Shown piece after piece: positions 32,915 to 33,470 of a DNA stretch of 33,470 nt (position 1 is the first letter of the stretch; every line of letters starts with the position of its first letter). Source of the DNA: a virus (lineage: Duplodnaviria; Caudoviricetes); IMG/VR virus record IMGVR_UViG_3300011412_000014, positions 1 through 33,470 of that record, one strand, 5' to 3'. Made by a program: the position numbers and the translations under genes. A model generated the notes under the pieces. That model ran no database searches. It worked only from the letters and a program-made list of their open reading frames with translations, and was not told the DNA's origin.

Positions 32915-33470
32915 ATGACAGCAGCCGAGTTGTATCGATCGACAAGAGCCCTGATTGGGAACCCGGGGGTGAACGACATCTCCAATGATCGTCTGCTGGA
33001 GAACATCCTGCCCAGCCTGCAGTGGCTCTGCGCGGAATTGGAGTACGGGATCGTAGACGATGTGGACATGCTTGGCCTGGTCGCCGGTCAGACGGAGTAT
33101 CAGTTGCCGTCCGATCTCGCGTTCATCCTCTCCATTGACTGGAATAACCTGATCCTTACTCCGAACAGCTTCTATGCCTGGGAGCGGGATGGTACGCCCT
33201 GGCGGACGGCCTCGGCAACCAATCCCACGGGATATGCCGTCCAGGGACGGCAACTTCTCCTCTCCACCCCGCCCACGGCGGCATCGATCACATCCGACGC
33301 TTTCCTGCGCCTGCGTTATATCACCACCAGTCCGGGGATGAATGAGACGGGAACCCCCGGACTGTCCGATCTGGACCAGGAGTTGGTTACTGTCAAAGCC
33401 GCGATCCGTTTCTGCCGGACCCACCCCAGCGAGTTGAATGCGGCCAGGCTGCCCGGTCTGGAAGCGGAAC
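32915..33470 (+). CDS. head-tail adaptor/tail tubular-like protein (partial, runs off the window)
   Basis: GGAG RBS; MTAAELYRSTRALIG..LVAGQTEYQLPSD..PTGYAVQGRQLLLSPPP; paralogous to the C-terminus of 30797..32791. Confidence 0.7.
   Translation, partial: MTAAELYRSTRALIGNPGVNDISNDRLLENILPSLQWLCAELEYGIVDDVDMLGLVAGQTEYQLPSDLAFILSIDWNNLILTPNSFYAWERDGTPWRTASATNPTGYAVQGRQLLLSTPPTAASITSDAFLRLRYITTSPGMNETGTPGLSDLDQELVTVKAAIRFCRTHPSELNAARLPGLEAE

Noticed and set aside
15776-33424. Long antisense ORFs over structural genes (e.g. 15776..16852, 17824..18648, 21280..22131, 26666..27529, 30965..31954, 32846..33424)
   Set aside because: Shadow ORFs expected in GC-rich coding DNA; no RBS or recognisable motifs, and the opposite strand carries the credible genes.
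1-33470. Genome-wide stop-codon reassignment
   Set aside because: TAA, TAG and TGA all end well-packed genes; the few breaks are local frameshifts or insertions.

Overview
GC-rich (roughly 60-65% by eye) segment of a tailed dsDNA phage genome, probably podovirus-like; no integrase or host genes are visible. Layout: (i) ~400-4930, a leftward operon of small early-type genes with two sigma54-type promoters, punctuated by four copies of a covarying mini-tRNA-like RNA element; (ii) ~4940-5670, a structured non-coding stretch; (iii) 6181-10303, a DNA-modification module (N4/N6 methyltransferase split by an antisense LAGLIDADG gene, QueF-like, DpdA-like with an out-of-frame T8 tract); (iv) small hypothetical genes and a standalone ncRNA unit containing a tRNA-like cloverleaf with no proper anticodon loop; (v) packaging/head genes (terminase large subunit split by an antisense endonuclease, tandem GroES, portal, scaffold, major capsid) with a CRISPR mini-array whose spacer is a near-match to the phage's own portal gene; (vi) tail/virion genes. 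There are seven homing-endonuclease-like genes, five of them flanked by apparent recoded duplicates of the gene segment they interrupt. Several late genes appear to start at ATC/ATT/ACG. All product calls come from motif recognition by eye, with no database search.
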